From positions 6,112,001 through 6,176,000 of the forward strand of contig CBDCJH010000002.1 in the NCBI GenBank assembly GCA_965217775.1: 64,000 bases of DNA, read 5' to 3'. The notes under the pieces were generated by a model, which saw only the letters and a program-made list of their open reading frames with translations, was not told the DNA's origin and searched no databases. A program made the position numbers and the translations under genes. Shown here piece after piece: positions 1 through 11,166 of this stretch. This stretch comes from Acidobacteriota bacterium (GTDB lineage: Bacteria > Acidobacteriota > UBA6911 > RPQK01 > JAJDTT01). The number at the start of each line of letters is the position of its first letter. Positions within the stretch are counted from its first letter, which is position 1.

Positions 1-2
1 CG

Positions 3-2177
3 GCCACGGGGATCGTCCACCAGGTCAACCTGGAGTACCTGGCCCGGGTCGTGTTCCAGTCGGGCGACAACGGAACTCCCCTCTGCTATCCCGATACCCT
101 CGTCGGGACCGACAGCCACACCACCATGGTCAACGGATTGGGCGTCCTGGGCTGGGGTGTGGGCGGCATCGAGGCGGAAGCCGCCATGCTGGGACAACCC
201 ATCAGCATGCTGTTGCCGCAGGTCGTGGGGTTCGGGCTGCACGGCGTTCTGCCCGAGGGAGCCACGGCCACCGACCTGGTCCTGCGGATCACCCAGATGC
301 TCCGGGAAAAGGGCGTCGTGGGGAAATTCGTGGAGTTCTACGGCTCCGGAGTCGCCGGCCTTTCGCTGGCCGACCGGGCGACTCTGGGCAACATGTCCCC
401 CGAGTACGGAGCCACCTGCGCCATCTTTCCCATCGATGAGGAGACCTTGACCTACCTGCGGCTGACGGCGCGGCCGCCGGAGCGGGTGGCCCTGGTGGAG
501 AGCTACGCCAAGGCCCAGGGGATGTTCCATGGTCCCGGGAGCCCCGAGGCGGAATACAGTGACACCCTGAACCTGGATCTCGCGTCGGTCGAGCCTGCAA
601 TAGCGGGACCGAAACGTCCTCAGGACCGCATCCCATTGACCCAGTCCAAGCCGGCGTTTCTGGAGTTCCTGTCCCAGTCGGCGGGGAACGGAAAACCCGC
701 CGGAGAGGATTCGCTGGCTATCGTGCAAGGAGACGGAAACGGCTCGGGCGCTCTCGATCTGGACCACGGGTCCGTGGTCATCGCCGCCATCACCAGTTGC
801 ACCAACACCTCGAATCCGTCGGTCATGGTGGGGGCCGGACTCCTGGCACGCAAGGCGGTGGAGCGGGGTCTGGTCCGAAAGCCATGGGTCAAGACCAGCT
901 TGGCGCCGGGATCGAAGGTGGTGACCGAGTACCTGGAGAAGGCCGGCCTGATGGAAGATCTGGCCGCCCTGGGGTTCGATCTGGTGGGTTACGGCTGCAC
1001 CACCTGCATCGGCAACAGTGGTCCCCTGGCCGCGCCGATTTCCAAGGCGGTCCATGAGCGCGACCTGGTGGTCTGCGCCGTCCTGTCGGGCAACCGCAAC
1101 TTCGAGGGTCGGATCAGCCCGGACGTTCGAGCCAACTACCTGGCCTCGCCGCCTCTGGTCGTCGCCTACGCCATCGCCGGCCGCATGGATCACGATCTGT
1201 ACCGAGAGCCCCTGGGCCGCGATTCCCAGGGACGGGAGGTCTTTCTGCGAGACATCTGGCCGACCCACCACGAGATTCAGGCGGTGATCGGCGAAGCCGT
1301 GCTGCCGGAGATGTTCCAGGAGAAGTACGGTGACGTCTACAGTGGGAACAAGCAGTGGCGGGCGTTGCCCGCACCCGAGGGTCAGGGCTTCTCCTGGGCG
1401 GCGGATTCCACCTACGTCCGGAGACCGACTTTCTTCGATGGAATGCCTCGAATCCCGGAACCGCTCCAGGACCTGCAGGGAATGAGGGTCCTGGCTTTGC
1501 TGGGAGACTCGGTGACCACGGACCACATCTCTCCGGCGGGTGCGATTCCGGTAGAGGGTCCCGCCGGCCGCTATCTCATGGAGCAGGGAGTCGAACCCGT
1601 CGATTTCAACTCCTTCGGCTCGCGCCGCGGCAACCATGAGGTCATGGTGCGAGGGACCTTCGGGAACATCCGGCTCCGGAACCTGCTGGTTCCGGGCGTG
1701 GAAGGCGGCTACACCCGATGTTCCCCCGGAGGCGACGTTGTCTCCATCTACGACGCCGCCATGGAGTACCAGCGTCACGGTACGCCACTGATCATTCTGG
1801 CCGGCAAGGAATACGGCTCCGGCTCTTCCCGGGACTGGGCTGCCAAGGGGACCCGGTTGCTGGGGATCCAGGCCGTTCTGGCCGAGACCTACGAACGGAT
1901 CCACCGGAGCAACCTCATCGGCATGGGTGTCCTGCCCCTCCAGTTCATGGACGGGGAGAATCACGAATCCCTGGGCTTGAACGGCTACGAGACGTACGGA
2001 CTGTCGGGCCTCTCGAAGGGTCTGGAGCCGGGGTCCCGCCTCCGGATGCAGGTCTCCTCTCCCGGGGGCGAGGTTTCGGAGTTCCCGGTCCTGGTTCGAA
2101 TCGACACCCCCAATGAGTTGGCCTATTTCGAGCACCAGGGCATCCTTCACTATGTTCTGAGGTCCCTGGCGAATTGA
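3..2177 (+). CDS. acnA: Aconitate hydratase A (5'-partial; begins before the window)
   Basis: Motifs [71 protein letters not shown]; the frame is open back to base 3. Confidence 0.97.
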   Translation, partial: ATGIVHQVNLEYLARVVFQSGDNGTPLCYPDTLVGTDSHTTMVNGLGVLGWGVGGIEAEAAMLGQPISMLLPQVVGFGLHGVLPEGATATDLVLRITQMLREKGVVGKFVEFYGSGVAGLSLADRATLGNMSPEYGATCAIFPIDEETLTYLRLTARPPERVALVESYAKAQGMFHGPGSPEAEYSDTLNLDLASVEPAIAGPKRPQDRIPLTQSKPAFLEFLSQSAGNGKPAGEDSLAIVQGDGNGSGALDLDHGSVVIAAITSCTNTSNPSVMVGAGLLARKAVERGLVRKPWVKTSLAPGSKVVTEYLEKAGLMEDLAALGFDLVGYGCTTCIGNSGPLAAPISKAVHERDLVVCAVLSGNRNFEGRISPDVRANYLASPPLVVAYAIAGRMDHDLYREPLGRDSQGREVFLRDIWPTHHEIQAVIGEAVLPEMFQEKYGDVYSGNKQWRALPAPEGQGFSWAADSTYVRRPTFFDGMPRIPEPLQDLQGMRVLALLGDSVTTDHISPAGAIPVEGPAGRYLMEQGVEPVDFNSFGSRRGNHEVMVRGTFGNIRLRNLLVPGVEGGYTRCSPGGDVVSIYDAAMEYQRHGTPLIILAGKEYGSGSSRDWAAKGTRLLGIQAVLAETYERIHRSNLIGMGVLPLQFMDGENHESLGLNGYETYGLSGLSKGLEPGSRLRMQVSSPGGEVSEFPVLVRIDTPNELAYFEHQGILHYVLRSLAN

Positions 2178-2214
2178 CCCGGGATGAGGGAGGAGACCGG
2201 TTGAGGCTGAATCG

Positions 2215-2883
2215 TTGACGGCTCCAGGCCAAACCATTGAGCTGCCCATCTTTCCCCTCCCCGGGGTGGTGTTCTTCCCCCGGGTGATCCTGCCGCTGCA
2301 CATCTTCGAGCCGCGCTACAAGGCCATGGTCGCCAGCGCCCTGGATGGGAACGGCCGCATCGGCATGGTCCTGCTCCGGCAGGGCTGGCGTCCCCAATAC
2401 CAGGGCTCCCCGCCGGTCTTCGGAACCGGAACCATGGGTCTGATCACTCAGCCGGAAGAGCTGGAGGACGGCAAGTACAACCTCCTGCTCCGGGGACTCC
2501 AGCGTTATCAGATCCTGGAATTCCTGCAGGAGACGCCCTTCCGTCTGGCCCGGGTCCGGCTCCTGGAGGATGTGGCGCCCACCGAGCCCGACGCCCAGAC
2601 TCTTCGCTGGAAGATGGCCAAGCGCCTGAACCAGTTGGCGCCCGAGATCCGGTTTCCGCCGCTGGAGCCCAAATTGGCCGGCCAACTCGATTTCCTGACC
2701 ATGATCAACCTGATCTGTTGTTGCATGGATCTCTCCGTCTACGACAAGCAGAGGCTGCTGGAGACGGGCGATCTGGCGGTGCGGGCACGTGGAGTCCTGG
2801 GGGTGCTGGACCGGAAGCTGAAGGCGAAGAAACTGGTCTCCGGCTTTCAGACCCTCCGGCCCGAGCATCCGGAGAGGAATTGA
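2215..2883 (+). CDS. Lon peptidase N-terminal substrate-binding domain protein
   Basis: LPIFPLPGVVFFP-LHIFEPRY-M signature; no ATPase or protease domain. Confidence 0.88.
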   Translation: MTAPGQTIELPIFPLPGVVFFPRVILPLHIFEPRYKAMVASALDGNGRIGMVLLRQGWRPQYQGSPPVFGTGTMGLITQPEELEDGKYNLLLRGLQRYQILEFLQETPFRLARVRLLEDVAPTEPDAQTLRWKMAKRLNQLAPEIRFPPLEPKLAGQLDFLTMINLICCCMDLSVYDKQRLLETGDLAVRARGVLGVLDRKLKAKKLVSGFQTLRPEHPERN

Positions 2884-2929
2884 ATTCCCGACCCGGCGAC
2901 CGGCGGAAGCCGGCCGGACTGGACTTTCG

Positions 2930-5056
2930 ATGAGAGTTATTGGGCTGCTGGCGCTTTGGCTGACGACCTCCGTCCTCCCGGCGGCTCCGCCCGGTCTCGG
3001 CGAGACGCCGGCTGCTCCGGAACGGAATCTCAGCTATGACATCCAGGCCAAGCTGGATCCGGTATCGAAAACGGTCGAAGCCCAACAGGTCCTGAACTGG
3101 AGAAACTCCTCGGACACACCGATCCGGGAGTTCCACTTTCACCTCTATCTGAACGCCTTCCGGAACAACCGGTCCACCATGATGTGGGAGCAGGCGTTCG
3201 CCCCCTTCTGGAGGGGCAAGGACCCGATTCCGGAGGACTACTGGGGCTTCATCGACGTTGGTTCCATCCAGGTCGAGACGGACGGATCCCAGGGCCCCAC
3301 CCGCGTGGCGAGCCGCCGCTTCATCCATCCCGACGACGACAATGCGGAGGACCGGACGGTGCTCCAGGTGGAGTTGGACCGGCCTCTGGCCCCCGGCGAG
3401 CAAGTACGCTTTCGAATCGAGTTCACCTCCAAGCTGCCCCGGGGCGCCCGCAGGACCGGCTGGGTGGAGGACTACTACTTCGTGGCCCAGTGGTTCCCCA
3501 AGCTGGGAGTCTTTGCCGACGGCGCCTGGTATTGCCACCAGTATCACTTCCACTCCGAGTTCTTCGCCGATTTCGGAGACTTTGACGTGAGCCTGACGGT
3601 GCCGTCGGGCATGGTGGTGGGGGCCACCGGCCGCCAAGTCGGCGAGACCGACAATGGGGACGGAACCCACACGCTCCGTTTCCAACAGGAAAACGTGCAT
3701 GACTTCACCTGGGTGGCCAGCTCCCGGCTACTGCCGAGGACCCGCAGGTTCGAACATCCCGGACTTCCTCCCGTCGACATGCGGCTGCTTCTGTTGGAGG
3801 AGCATGCCCACCTGGAGGAACGGTACTTCCGGGCCATGGAGCACTCCCTGCGCCTCTTCGGGACCTGGTTCGGAGCCTATCCCTACTCCGTCCTCACCCT
3901 GGTCGATCCTCCCTACAACAGCCGCACCGGGGGAATGGAGTATCCCACTCTCGTGACCGGGAGGACCGACTTCTGGTCGCCCCCGGAGACGCTCTCGCCC
4001 GAAGGGGTCACCATCCATGAGGTGGGCCACCAATGGTGGTACGGCCTGGTGGCCAGCAACGAAGCCGAAGAGGCCTGGCTGGACGAAGGGATCACCTCCT
4101 GGGCCACGGACCGGGCCGCTCGCGAAGCCTATGCTCCCAGGGTTCACGTGGAGTGGCTCCTGGGGGAGATTCCTCTGTCGTTCCCCCCGGTGGTCCGGCC
4201 CTTCGAGACCCGCAACCTGCACTGGTTGCGCCGCGGCGGACGCCTGGACGTCATGACGCGCGACTCCTGGAGTTTCCGGAACCGGCGCAGCTATTTCGTC
4301 AACGCCTACGCCAAGCCCGATATGGTGCTGTGGACCCTGGAACGGTACCTGGGCTCCGAGGTCATGCTGCGGGCGATCCGGACCTACTTCGAGCGTTACC
4401 GCTACCGTCATCCCACGACCGGGGACTTCGTGCGGACGGTCAGCGAGGTGGCCGGCGAGGACCTGGAATGGTTCTTCCGGGAGACGCTCCACAGCGCCGA
4501 GGCGGTCGATTACGCGGTGACCGAAGCCCGATCCGTGGCCATTCCGGCCCTGAAGGGAGTGCCACCCGGCTATGCCGAACCCGTTGAAGAGGTGACCGTC
4601 GCGGACGGCGGCGAGAGTGCTGAAGCCGAAGTCCCGGCGCAATCGGAGGCGGAGGTCCCGGTTCCGGATCAGGAACCGGAAGTCGCTGGCGATGTTTCTA
4701 CCGAAGAGGAGACCGCGTCGAAAAAGGTCTACTGGAGCCGGGTGGTGGTGACCCGGCTGCAGGGAGGGCGGTTCCCCGTCGACGTGGTCATGGAGTTCGA
4801 GGACGGGAAACGGTTCCGCCGCCTCTGGGACGGGCAGTACCGGTGGGTCCGGTACGAGTTCAAGCGGCCGTCGCGGCTCAAGTCGGCCGTGGTCGATCCC
4901 GACCGGAAGCTGCTTCTGGACATCGATCCCACCAACAACAGTCGGCTGGTGAAGCCGCCAACCAGTGGCGGGCGCTCTCTGGCCACATGGAAATGGACCG
5001 CGAAGTGGCTCTTCTGGTTGCAGAACCTGATGGAAATCTTCGCTCTGATCTCATGA
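2930..5056 (+). CDS. Secreted M1-family zinc metallopeptidase
   Basis: Signal peptide; GGMEYP exopeptidase motif; HEVGH...WLDEG zinc motif. Confidence 0.92.
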   Translation: MRVIGLLALWLTTSVLPAAPPGLGETPAAPERNLSYDIQAKLDPVSKTVEAQQVLNWRNSSDTPIREFHFHLYLNAFRNNRSTMMWEQAFAPFWRGKDPIPEDYWGFIDVGSIQVETDGSQGPTRVASRRFIHPDDDNAEDRTVLQVELDRPLAPGEQVRFRIEFTSKLPRGARRTGWVEDYYFVAQWFPKLGVFADGAWYCHQYHFHSEFFADFGDFDVSLTVPSGMVVGATGRQVGETDNGDGTHTLRFQQENVHDFTWVASSRLLPRTRRFEHPGLPPVDMRLLLLEEHAHLEERYFRAMEHSLRLFGTWFGAYPYSVLTLVDPPYNSRTGGMEYPTLVTGRTDFWSPPETLSPEGVTIHEVGHQWWYGLVASNEAEEAWLDEGITSWATDRAAREAYAPRVHVEWLLGEIPLSFPPVVRPFETRNLHWLRRGGRLDVMTRDSWSFRNRRSYFVNAYAKPDMVLWTLERYLGSEVMLRAIRTYFERYRYRHPTTGDFVRTVSEVAGEDLEWFFRETLHSAEAVDYAVTEARSVAIPALKGVPPGYAEPVEEVTVADGGESAEAEVPAQSEAEVPVPDQEPEVAGDVSTEEETASKKVYWSRVVVTRLQGGRFPVDVVMEFEDGKRFRRLWDGQYRWVRYEFKRPSRLKSAVVDPDRKLLLDIDPTNNSRLVKPPTSGGRSLATWKWTAKWLFWLQNLMEIFALIS

Positions 5057-6090
5057 CTCTCACCGGCTGCGTGGCTCAGGGTTGGCGGAATCTGTCGGCC
5101 CACAAGAAGTCGATCCTCTATCTCTACCTGGTGATCCTGGGATCGGCGTCCATTCTGCTGCTTCCCTTCATGGAGAGCTTCGAATCCTCCCTGGGCGCCG
5201 GCCTCTATCGGGAACGGCTGGTGACGGTTCTGGACTACGACTGGTACCAGCTCTTCCGGGACCGGGTCCAGGGGGCGGCCGAGAGCTTCGGTCCCTGGGT
5301 CCTGGGAGCCGGACCCTTTCTCCACACCCTGGAGGTTCTGCTGGAAGACGGCTTCGGCAAGTTGCCGGCGGCGGTGCTCGGCGCCGCTGCCATCTATCTC
5401 CTGCTGCACACCTTCGTACTCTCGGCGGCGGTCAGCTCCCTTCACCTCCACCCCGGCGGGGGCAGCACCCGCGGGTTCCTCCGCAACGGAGCCGAGTTCT
5501 TCGGCCGGTTCCTCAGGCTGAGCCTGCTGGCGCTTCTTCTCTACTGGTTCTTGAGGCACGTGCTCCTGACCCCCGTGAACGGGTGGGTCGACTCGTTTTC
5601 CGACGCCGCCGCGACCGAGGTCACGGGTTTCTACCTCAGTCTGGCGCGTTATCTTCTGGTCCTCGTCCTGGTCCTGGGACTGGACCTGATCCTGGACTAC
5701 GCTCGAATCAAGGTCGTGCTGGAGGACCGCACCAGCATCCTGTTGGCCGTGGTGGCCGCGGTCGGATTCTGCAAGAGGAATTTCCTGGGCGCCACCGGGC
5801 TCTACCTGCTCCTGGTGGGCTTCACCCTGGTCTGGGCCGGCGTTTATCTGGGCTTCGATACCCTGGTCGGAGACGATTCCCGGGGAGGCATCCTGGTGGT
5901 CTTCCTGGCGCAGCAGATCCAGGTTTTGGGCAGAATGGCCCTCAAACTCCTGGGCTTCGGCGCCCAGATCCAGTTCGTCAAGAGCCGCGATCCCTGGTTC
6001 CGCGACCGGGACCCAGGAGGGGGGACAACAGGAGGGGGGACATCCCTGTCCCCCACAGTCCCAAGCAATGGACCCGAGGAAACGGCATGA
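5053..6090 (+). CDS. Polytopic membrane protein, translationally coupled to the M1 and M28 peptidase genes
   Basis: ATGA overlaps at both ends (5053, 6087); several hydrophobic segments; start placed at the ATG at 5053 within ORF 4843-6090. Confidence 0.8.
   Translation: MTLTGCVAQGWRNLSAHKKSILYLYLVILGSASILLLPFMESFESSLGAGLYRERLVTVLDYDWYQLFRDRVQGAAESFGPWVLGAGPFLHTLEVLLEDGFGKLPAAVLGAAAIYLLLHTFVLSAAVSSLHLHPGGGSTRGFLRNGAEFFGRFLRLSLLALLLYWFLRHVLLTPVNGWVDSFSDAAATEVTGFYLSLARYLLVLVLVLGLDLILDYARIKVVLEDRTSILLAVVAAVGFCKRNFLGATGLYLLLVGFTLVWAGVYLGFDTLVGDDSRGGILVVFLAQQIQVLGRMALKLLGFGAQIQFVKSRDPWFRDRDPGGGTTGGGTSLSPTVPSNGPEETA
6014..6057 (+). repeat. GGAG-type REP palindrome (GGGGGACATCCCTGTCCCCC) inside the 3' end of a CDS
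   Basis: Same palindrome as at 7871-7941; preceded by a duplicated CAGGAGGGGGGACA half-copy. Confidence 0.75.
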
Positions 6091-7865
6091 CGATGCGTCT
6101 CAGATGGTCGTTCCTGGCTCTGCTCTGCCTCACCGGCGCCGCCGGCGCCCGGGACGAGGGGCGGCTCATGGAGCACCTGCGTCATCTCGCCTCCGACGAG
6201 ATGCAGGGCCGAGGGAACGGTTCGCCCGGCATGGAGCGGGCGGCACGCTATCTGGCGGAGGAATTCCGCCGGATCGGCCTGGAGCCGGCCGGTGCCGACG
6301 GCACTTTCTTCCAGCCCTTCACCATCACCACGGGCCGGAACCTGGGACCGGAAAATCGACTGAGGATTCAGGGGCCCAAGACCGCTCGAGAGTTCTCACC
6401 CGGCGCCGAGTACCGGCTCGTGACCTATGGACCAGATCGGAGTGTTTCCGGAGAACTCTTCTTCGCCGGTTTCGGAATCACCGCGCCCGATGATCACAAG
6501 TACGACGATTACGGCGACTGGGATGTCCGAGGCCGGGTGGTCGTGGCGTTCGAGCACGAACCCCAGGAGCGCTTCGCGTCCAGCCCCTTTCACGGCAAGG
6601 ACCTGACGTCCTATTCGACGGTGATCCACAAGGCGCTCAACGCCAGAAGGCGCGGCGCCGTGGCGCTGATTCTGATTCCCGATCGATTCAATCACCCCAA
6701 GCGGGGTTCCCGGCGGACCCCGGAACTGGAAACGGTTGCCAACGTGGGGATCCCCACCGTTCGGCTGAGCGGACGTTGGGGCGAGCGCCTGCTCCGCGAG
6801 GCGGGACGCGATCCGTCCGAGATCGACCGCTGGATTCACCATCACCTCACCCCCTACTCGTTTCCCATGGATGGGATTACCGTCCGTCTGGATGTGGACG
6901 TGGTCTCGGTCAGCCACCGGGTGAATAACGTGCTGGGCTATCTTCCCGGCGACTCCGAGGAAGTGGTGGTGATCGGCGCGCACTATGACCACCTGGGGTA
7001 CGGGGACGAATCCTCGTTGGCCGAACAACGCTTGGGACAGATCCACAACGGGGCGGACGACAACGCTTCCGGGGTGGCCGCGATGCTGGTCCTGGCCCGG
7101 GATCTGTCGGCGGCCCGGCCCGGCCGTACCGTGCTTTTCGCCGCATTCGCAGCCGAAGAGCTGGGACTTCTGGGCTCTCGCCACTACGTGCAGCATCCGC
7201 CTTTGCCGCTGGAACGAACCGTGGCCATGATGAACCTGGACATGATCGGACGCAGCGACGGCGATGTGCTGATTGGAGGAACGGGCACGGCGGAGGAGTT
7301 CCGGGACCTGCTCCACGAGGTGGAGGCGAACTCGCCGCTGACCTTCAAATACGCCAGCACCCCACGGGGTTCGAGCGACCATCTGTCGTTCGCCGCAGCG
7401 GGAGTGCCGGTCCTCTTCTTCTTTACCGGTCTGCATTCGGACTACCACAAGCCGTCCGACGACTGGGAGAAGATCGACCTGGTCCGAACCTGGCAGGTGG
7501 TGGAGGCCGTGCGTCAGACGGTGGTCCGGCTGAACCGTCTGGAGAGCCGGCCCCGGTATGTGGATCTCCGGCACGGGAGGACGCCGCTCGACGATCGGCC
7601 CTGGTTGGGGATCGCTCCCGACATGAGCTGGACTCTGGGAGGCGTCCGGATCGCGCAGGTCTTGAGTTGGAGTCCCGCCCACGACGCGGGATTGCAGGAG
7701 CAAGACGTGCTGGTGGAATTCGGCGGACGGGAGGTACGCAATCTTCGGGACCTCCGGAACCTGCTCCGGTCCCGGAAGCCGGGAGACCAGGTCCGGATCC
7801 TGGTGCTGCGGCAGGGGCAACTGGTCGAGATGACTGCCCAGCTCGATCGCCGGTCCGCGCAGTAG
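6087..7865 (+). CDS. Secreted M28-family peptidase with PA and C-terminal PDZ domains
   Basis: Signal peptide from the ATG at 6087; GAHYDH, GADDNASG, AEELGLLGS, NLDMIG, SDH, YHKPSD; PDZ-like tail (SPAHDAGLQEQDV). Confidence 0.92.
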   Translation: MTMRLRWSFLALLCLTGAAGARDEGRLMEHLRHLASDEMQGRGNGSPGMERAARYLAEEFRRIGLEPAGADGTFFQPFTITTGRNLGPENRLRIQGPKTAREFSPGAEYRLVTYGPDRSVSGELFFAGFGITAPDDHKYDDYGDWDVRGRVVVAFEHEPQERFASSPFHGKDLTSYSTVIHKALNARRRGAVALILIPDRFNHPKRGSRRTPELETVANVGIPTVRLSGRWGERLLREAGRDPSEIDRWIHHHLTPYSFPMDGITVRLDVDVVSVSHRVNNVLGYLPGDSEEVVVIGAHYDHLGYGDESSLAEQRLGQIHNGADDNASGVAAMLVLARDLSAARPGRTVLFAAFAAEELGLLGSRHYVQHPPLPLERTVAMMNLDMIGRSDGDVLIGGTGTAEEFRDLLHEVEANSPLTFKYASTPRGSSDHLSFAAAGVPVLFFFTGLHSDYHKPSDDWEKIDLVRTWQVVEAVRQTVVRLNRLESRPRYVDLRHGRTPLDDRPWLGIAPDMSWTLGGVRIAQVLSWSPAHDAGLQEQDVLVEFGGREVRNLRDLRNLLRSRKPGDQVRILVLRQGQLVEMTAQLDRRSAQ

Positions 7866-7870
7866 GGGCA

Positions 7871-7980
7871 GGAGGGGGGACATCCTTGTCCCCCATTCCC
7901 CAATGCAGTGACGTCTGGGAGGGGGACATCCATGTCCCCCACAGCCGCCAGAATCGGGGGTTACAAACCCCCGCTCCCAC
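7871..7980. repeat. Cluster of three REP-like palindromes between convergent genes
   Basis: GGAGGGGGGACATCCTTGTCCCCC, GGAGGGGGACATCCATGTCCCCC and inverted ATCGGGGGTTACAAACCCCCGCTCC. Confidence 0.8.
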
Positions 7981-8114
7981 GCTCCCCCATTTTCTGCCAG
8001 GATTACGCGGGCCATCGGCCGTTGGGGGAGCTTTTCTCTTTCCTATTTTTCTCAGTTTTACAGAGGTTCGGGTCACCGTGTCCTTCGCCCCAGCGTTCGT
8101 GAACGCCCCGGTCG

Positions 8115-8897
8115 TCATCCCCAGTCCAGGACACGTTCGCCGAGCGGCTGCACGGGCCGAAAGTTGTTCGGATAGATGGCGCCGAACGTGGCGATCTGCT
8201 CCGCCGACATCGTAAGCGGCTCGGTCAGGATTACCCAGTCGACACCCTCGGAGCAGGGCGGAGTCGTGAGCGATCCTCGGTAGCGCCACGTGGTGCGCGT
8301 GGCGGGCAGCAACGACGCCAAGTCGAGTTCGCCCGGCACCACGCGCGCCGCCGCAGGTTCGGGTGGGAGGTGTGCCCAGACTGGTCCCAGCGCGTAGTTC
8401 GGCTTTCCTTCCTCGAACAGCACGCCGACCACCGCAAGCGAGCCGCCATCGCTCCGATGCACCAAGTGCATCTCCAGCGGCAGCTGAGTGCCGTCAACCG
8501 TGTGTTCGCTGGCATGGTGGAAGTGAAACTGCATCAGGTCGAAGCGTAATCCGTCGAGGACGGTGGCGCTGCCGGGGTCCGGGTTCACCTGAATCGTATG
8601 CCCGGTATTCTCGACGACGATGCGGGTCCGCCGGTAGTCGAACTCGATCGAGATCGGATCGGGACGCCGGCCAGCGGTCAGGTCAATGGGAGACTGCTCC
8701 TTGCCCAAGGCGCACTTGCTGAACGTTGGGTCGAGCGTCCCCCAAAGTGCTGGACCATTGTGCGGCTGGTAGCCCCATGACGGCCCGGTATGTTGTGATT
8801 CACTCTTGCCCCCGACGGGTGGAGAATGCTCGGCACTCTGGCACCCAAAGGGGACTAACGCGACGATGGCAATCCCGGACAAGAGAACTCGCTTCAT
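8115..8897 (-). CDS. Alpha-class carbonic anhydrase, exported (possible lipoprotein)
   Basis: QSPID, NTGHTIQV, QFHFH..SEH, EMHLVH, YRGSLTTPPCSEGV, NFRPVQP; start MKRVLL after a GGAGG RBS. Confidence 0.95.
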   Translation of the reverse strand: MKRVLLSGIAIVALVPFGCQSAEHSPPVGGKSESQHTGPSWGYQPHNGPALWGTLDPTFSKCALGKEQSPIDLTAGRRPDPISIEFDYRRTRIVVENTGHTIQVNPDPGSATVLDGLRFDLMQFHFHHASEHTVDGTQLPLEMHLVHRSDGGSLAVVGVLFEEGKPNYALGPVWAHLPPEPAAARVVPGELDLASLLPATRTTWRYRGSLTTPPCSEGVDWVILTEPLTMSAEQIATFGAIYPNNFRPVQPLGERVLDWG

Positions 8898-9108
8898 GAC
8901 GCCTCCGTATCTCTCAGGGCAACGCGACAGCATTCGGCACCGGGCGACACACGATCTCATTGAAGAACTGATCGCCGAGTTTGAGCACGCTTTCCCAAAC
9001 TGTGGGCGCGTCGAGCCAGCTCGATTTCTACCCGAATGACTCCCCGGTCCAGCCAGATCCAAGCGTAGCTTCCGCCGCCGGCCTGGAGCCTTACACCGGA
9101 TCCGGGTC

Positions 9109-9552
9109 TCAACCTGTCTTGACCCACGCTCTGACTCGTTTCACGTGTGCCAACGGCCGCAACAACGCGGAAAAAACATCGTGCACGATCCCTTGCTCGT
9201 CCACAAGGAAAGTGACGCGCCCGGGTAGCCCCCATGAAAAGGCCCCGTACAGACGACGAACGGCATCATCCGGGTCGCTGGCGATCTGAAAGGGCAAGGC
9301 ATTGCATTCGGCGAAACTCCGGTGCGAGTCCACGCTGGCACGGTTGATGCCGATCACCTCCACGCCCATTCCTGCCAGGTCATCATAAATGTCGCGGAGG
9401 GCACGAACCTGGAAGGTGCACCCCGGGGAATCGTCCGCCGGATAGAAAAACACCACCACCTTCCGGCCGCGTAAAGAGCTCAAACGGAAGGTGTCATTCT
9501 TCGTTGTCTTCAGAACGAAGTCAGGCGCGGTATCACCGACGGAAACTGCCAC
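9109..9552 (-). CDS. bcp: Peroxiredoxin, BCP/PrxQ type
   Basis: VGDTAPDF, FFYPADDSPGCT, PGRVTFLVD. Confidence 0.88.
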   Translation of the reverse strand: MAVSVGDTAPDFVLKTTKNDTFRLSSLRGRKVVVFFYPADDSPGCTFQVRALRDIYDDLAGMGVEVIGINRASVDSHRSFAECNALPFQIASDPDDAVRRLYGAFSWGLPGRVTFLVDEQGIVHDVFSALLRPLAHVKRVRAWVKTG

Positions 9553-9716
9553 AATGTGGAATTTCTACCAAAACGGGCCGAACGAAACGACAAAAGACAC
9601 AGGAGCGAAGACTAAAGGCAGGAACCAAACGTCTCGAGAATGTGCCGGGTCAGGAAGAATCTTCTGGTCAGGAGACTGGCTGAACGGCTAGACCTTGGGC
9701 CCAAACGTGGAACCGG

Positions 9717-10145
9717 TTATTCCATGGAATCCCGCGTGCGGTCGCCCATGTCGACGGTACCTTTGAAGCTGCAGCCCTCTTCCAGAATGACTTGGGGAGC
9801 GATCAGCTTGCCTCGGACGCGTCCGGTTCCACTCAAGAGGATTTGTTCTTCTCCCCGAAGGAGGCCTTCTACAAGACCATCAACGTGAATCACCTTGGCC
9901 AAGAGATCGGCCTTGATCCGGCCTTCCTTCCCCACAGTGATGTTGCACCCGGTAAGGGATAGTTGGCCTTCGATACGACCCTCGATGAGCACATCCTGCG
10001 TTCCGCTCAACTCTCCCCTGATGGTGATACTGGAGCCGATGACGGATCGGTCCCCGTTTCGCCCCGCGGCATCTTGCTGGGTAGAAACTTGAGGAAAAGT
10101 CCCTCGGGGCGCGGTCGATGATTTCGGCGAATCGTTTTCCCACAT
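9717..10145 (-). CDS. Bactofilin (polymer-forming cytoskeletal protein)
   Basis: SVIGSSITIRGELSG-DVLIEGRIEG...G-FKG-VDM beta-helix pattern; start MWEND after an AGGGAG RBS. Confidence 0.9.
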   Translation of the reverse strand: MWENDSPKSSTAPRGTFPQVSTQQDAAGRNGDRSVIGSSITIRGELSGTQDVLIEGRIEGQLSLTGCNITVGKEGRIKADLLAKVIHVDGLVEGLLRGEEQILLSGTGRVRGKLIAPQVILEEGCSFKGTVDMGDRTRDSME

Positions 10146-10297
10146 GTCGTACTCCCTTCGGCGAAGATCCACACTATGGTAGATGACATCCCTGTCATCG
10201 CTCAGACGACTCGCCTGCACCGGACTGATCTTCCCGCCCGGATTGGACCACCCGGAAGTCCAGGCGTCGCACGACCGACCGGCTCCACCACTGGCTC

Positions 10298-11041
10298 TCA
10301 GGGACGGGTGTCCGACCAGCCCGAGGGTTGATCCGCTGGCACGACTTCCACGGCGGGTTCATCACTCCACTGCACGTTATCCCCCTTCTGGACGACGCCG
10401 ATGGCGATGGTCGAGAGATGGAAGTTACTGTCTGGGTCCGGAACCTCCAGGCACATCTTGAGGATGGTGGGTTCCTGGAAGCTCCACGGAAAGGAAGCGG
10501 TCTGTGCCCCGGTGACCTCCATGCTGGGTGGGCTCTCTATGGGATTCCCCTCCAGATCGAAGGCCTGGAAATGGAGTTGGGTTCCGGCCGGGGCGCCAAG
10601 ATTCGGTTCGGTCGTCACCGAGGCAAAACCGAGATTGCGCCCAGGGCCGAAGACTCCGGTCAAGACTTGGCAATCCCCATCTCCGAGCCACTCTCGTGGA
10701 GACTGACCGGAAACGGACAAGAGCTCTTGGATTTGTCCATTCATCCGATTTTCTACCAGGTAGCGACCCCGAACCTGCAGTGAGGTGATCGAGCAGGGAG
10801 CGCGGACGAAGACGGAGACCGCCCCGACCACCAGTTCTTCCGAGTCCGACGTCAAGGTCAGGATCCGGGCAGCTCCCCTGGAAAGAGTGGTGTGGAACAG
10901 GTTCCCCTCAAGCGGCTCGTTGTCTAACAATACCTGCGGCGCTTCGGAAGTTCCTTGGTGAAAGAGGAACGCCATCTCGCAATACAACAACCCACTTCGG
11001 TTGGTCACGAGGATTTCGGCTCGGGCGTCATCCTCGCCGAC
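10298..11041 (-). pseudogene. Hypothetical beta-rich (probably secreted) protein, 5'-truncated at the junction with a half MITE
   Basis: ORF 10298-11008 continues open upstream (VGEDDARAEILVTNR) straight into MITE sequence; no signal peptide or RBS remains. Confidence 0.55.
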
Positions 11042-11166
11042 GTCCCTGCATCCCGGCGGACTGCGTTGCTATCGGCTCACATACTCCCGGTATGCTCCCT
11101 CCGTTGCGCCTTGTCCGGCGGGCGCAGGAACGGTCTCGGTGCTCGCGGGACTTTCACCACGGACTG
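11041..11166 (+). mobile_element. 158-bp MITE family, right ~126 bp only
   Basis: Near-identical to 58821-58945; ends ...CACCACGGACTG followed by CTAT, which overlaps the helicase stop codon. Confidence 0.9.

Noticed and set aside
5082-6086. 927-aa ORF 5082-7865 as a single protein
   Set aside because: The first 335 aa overlap the real membrane-protein gene in another frame; the signal peptide and ATGA coupling put the start at 6087. The same reasoning applies to the extended starts of ORFs 45998, 48803, 29666, 55756, 60578 and 40114.
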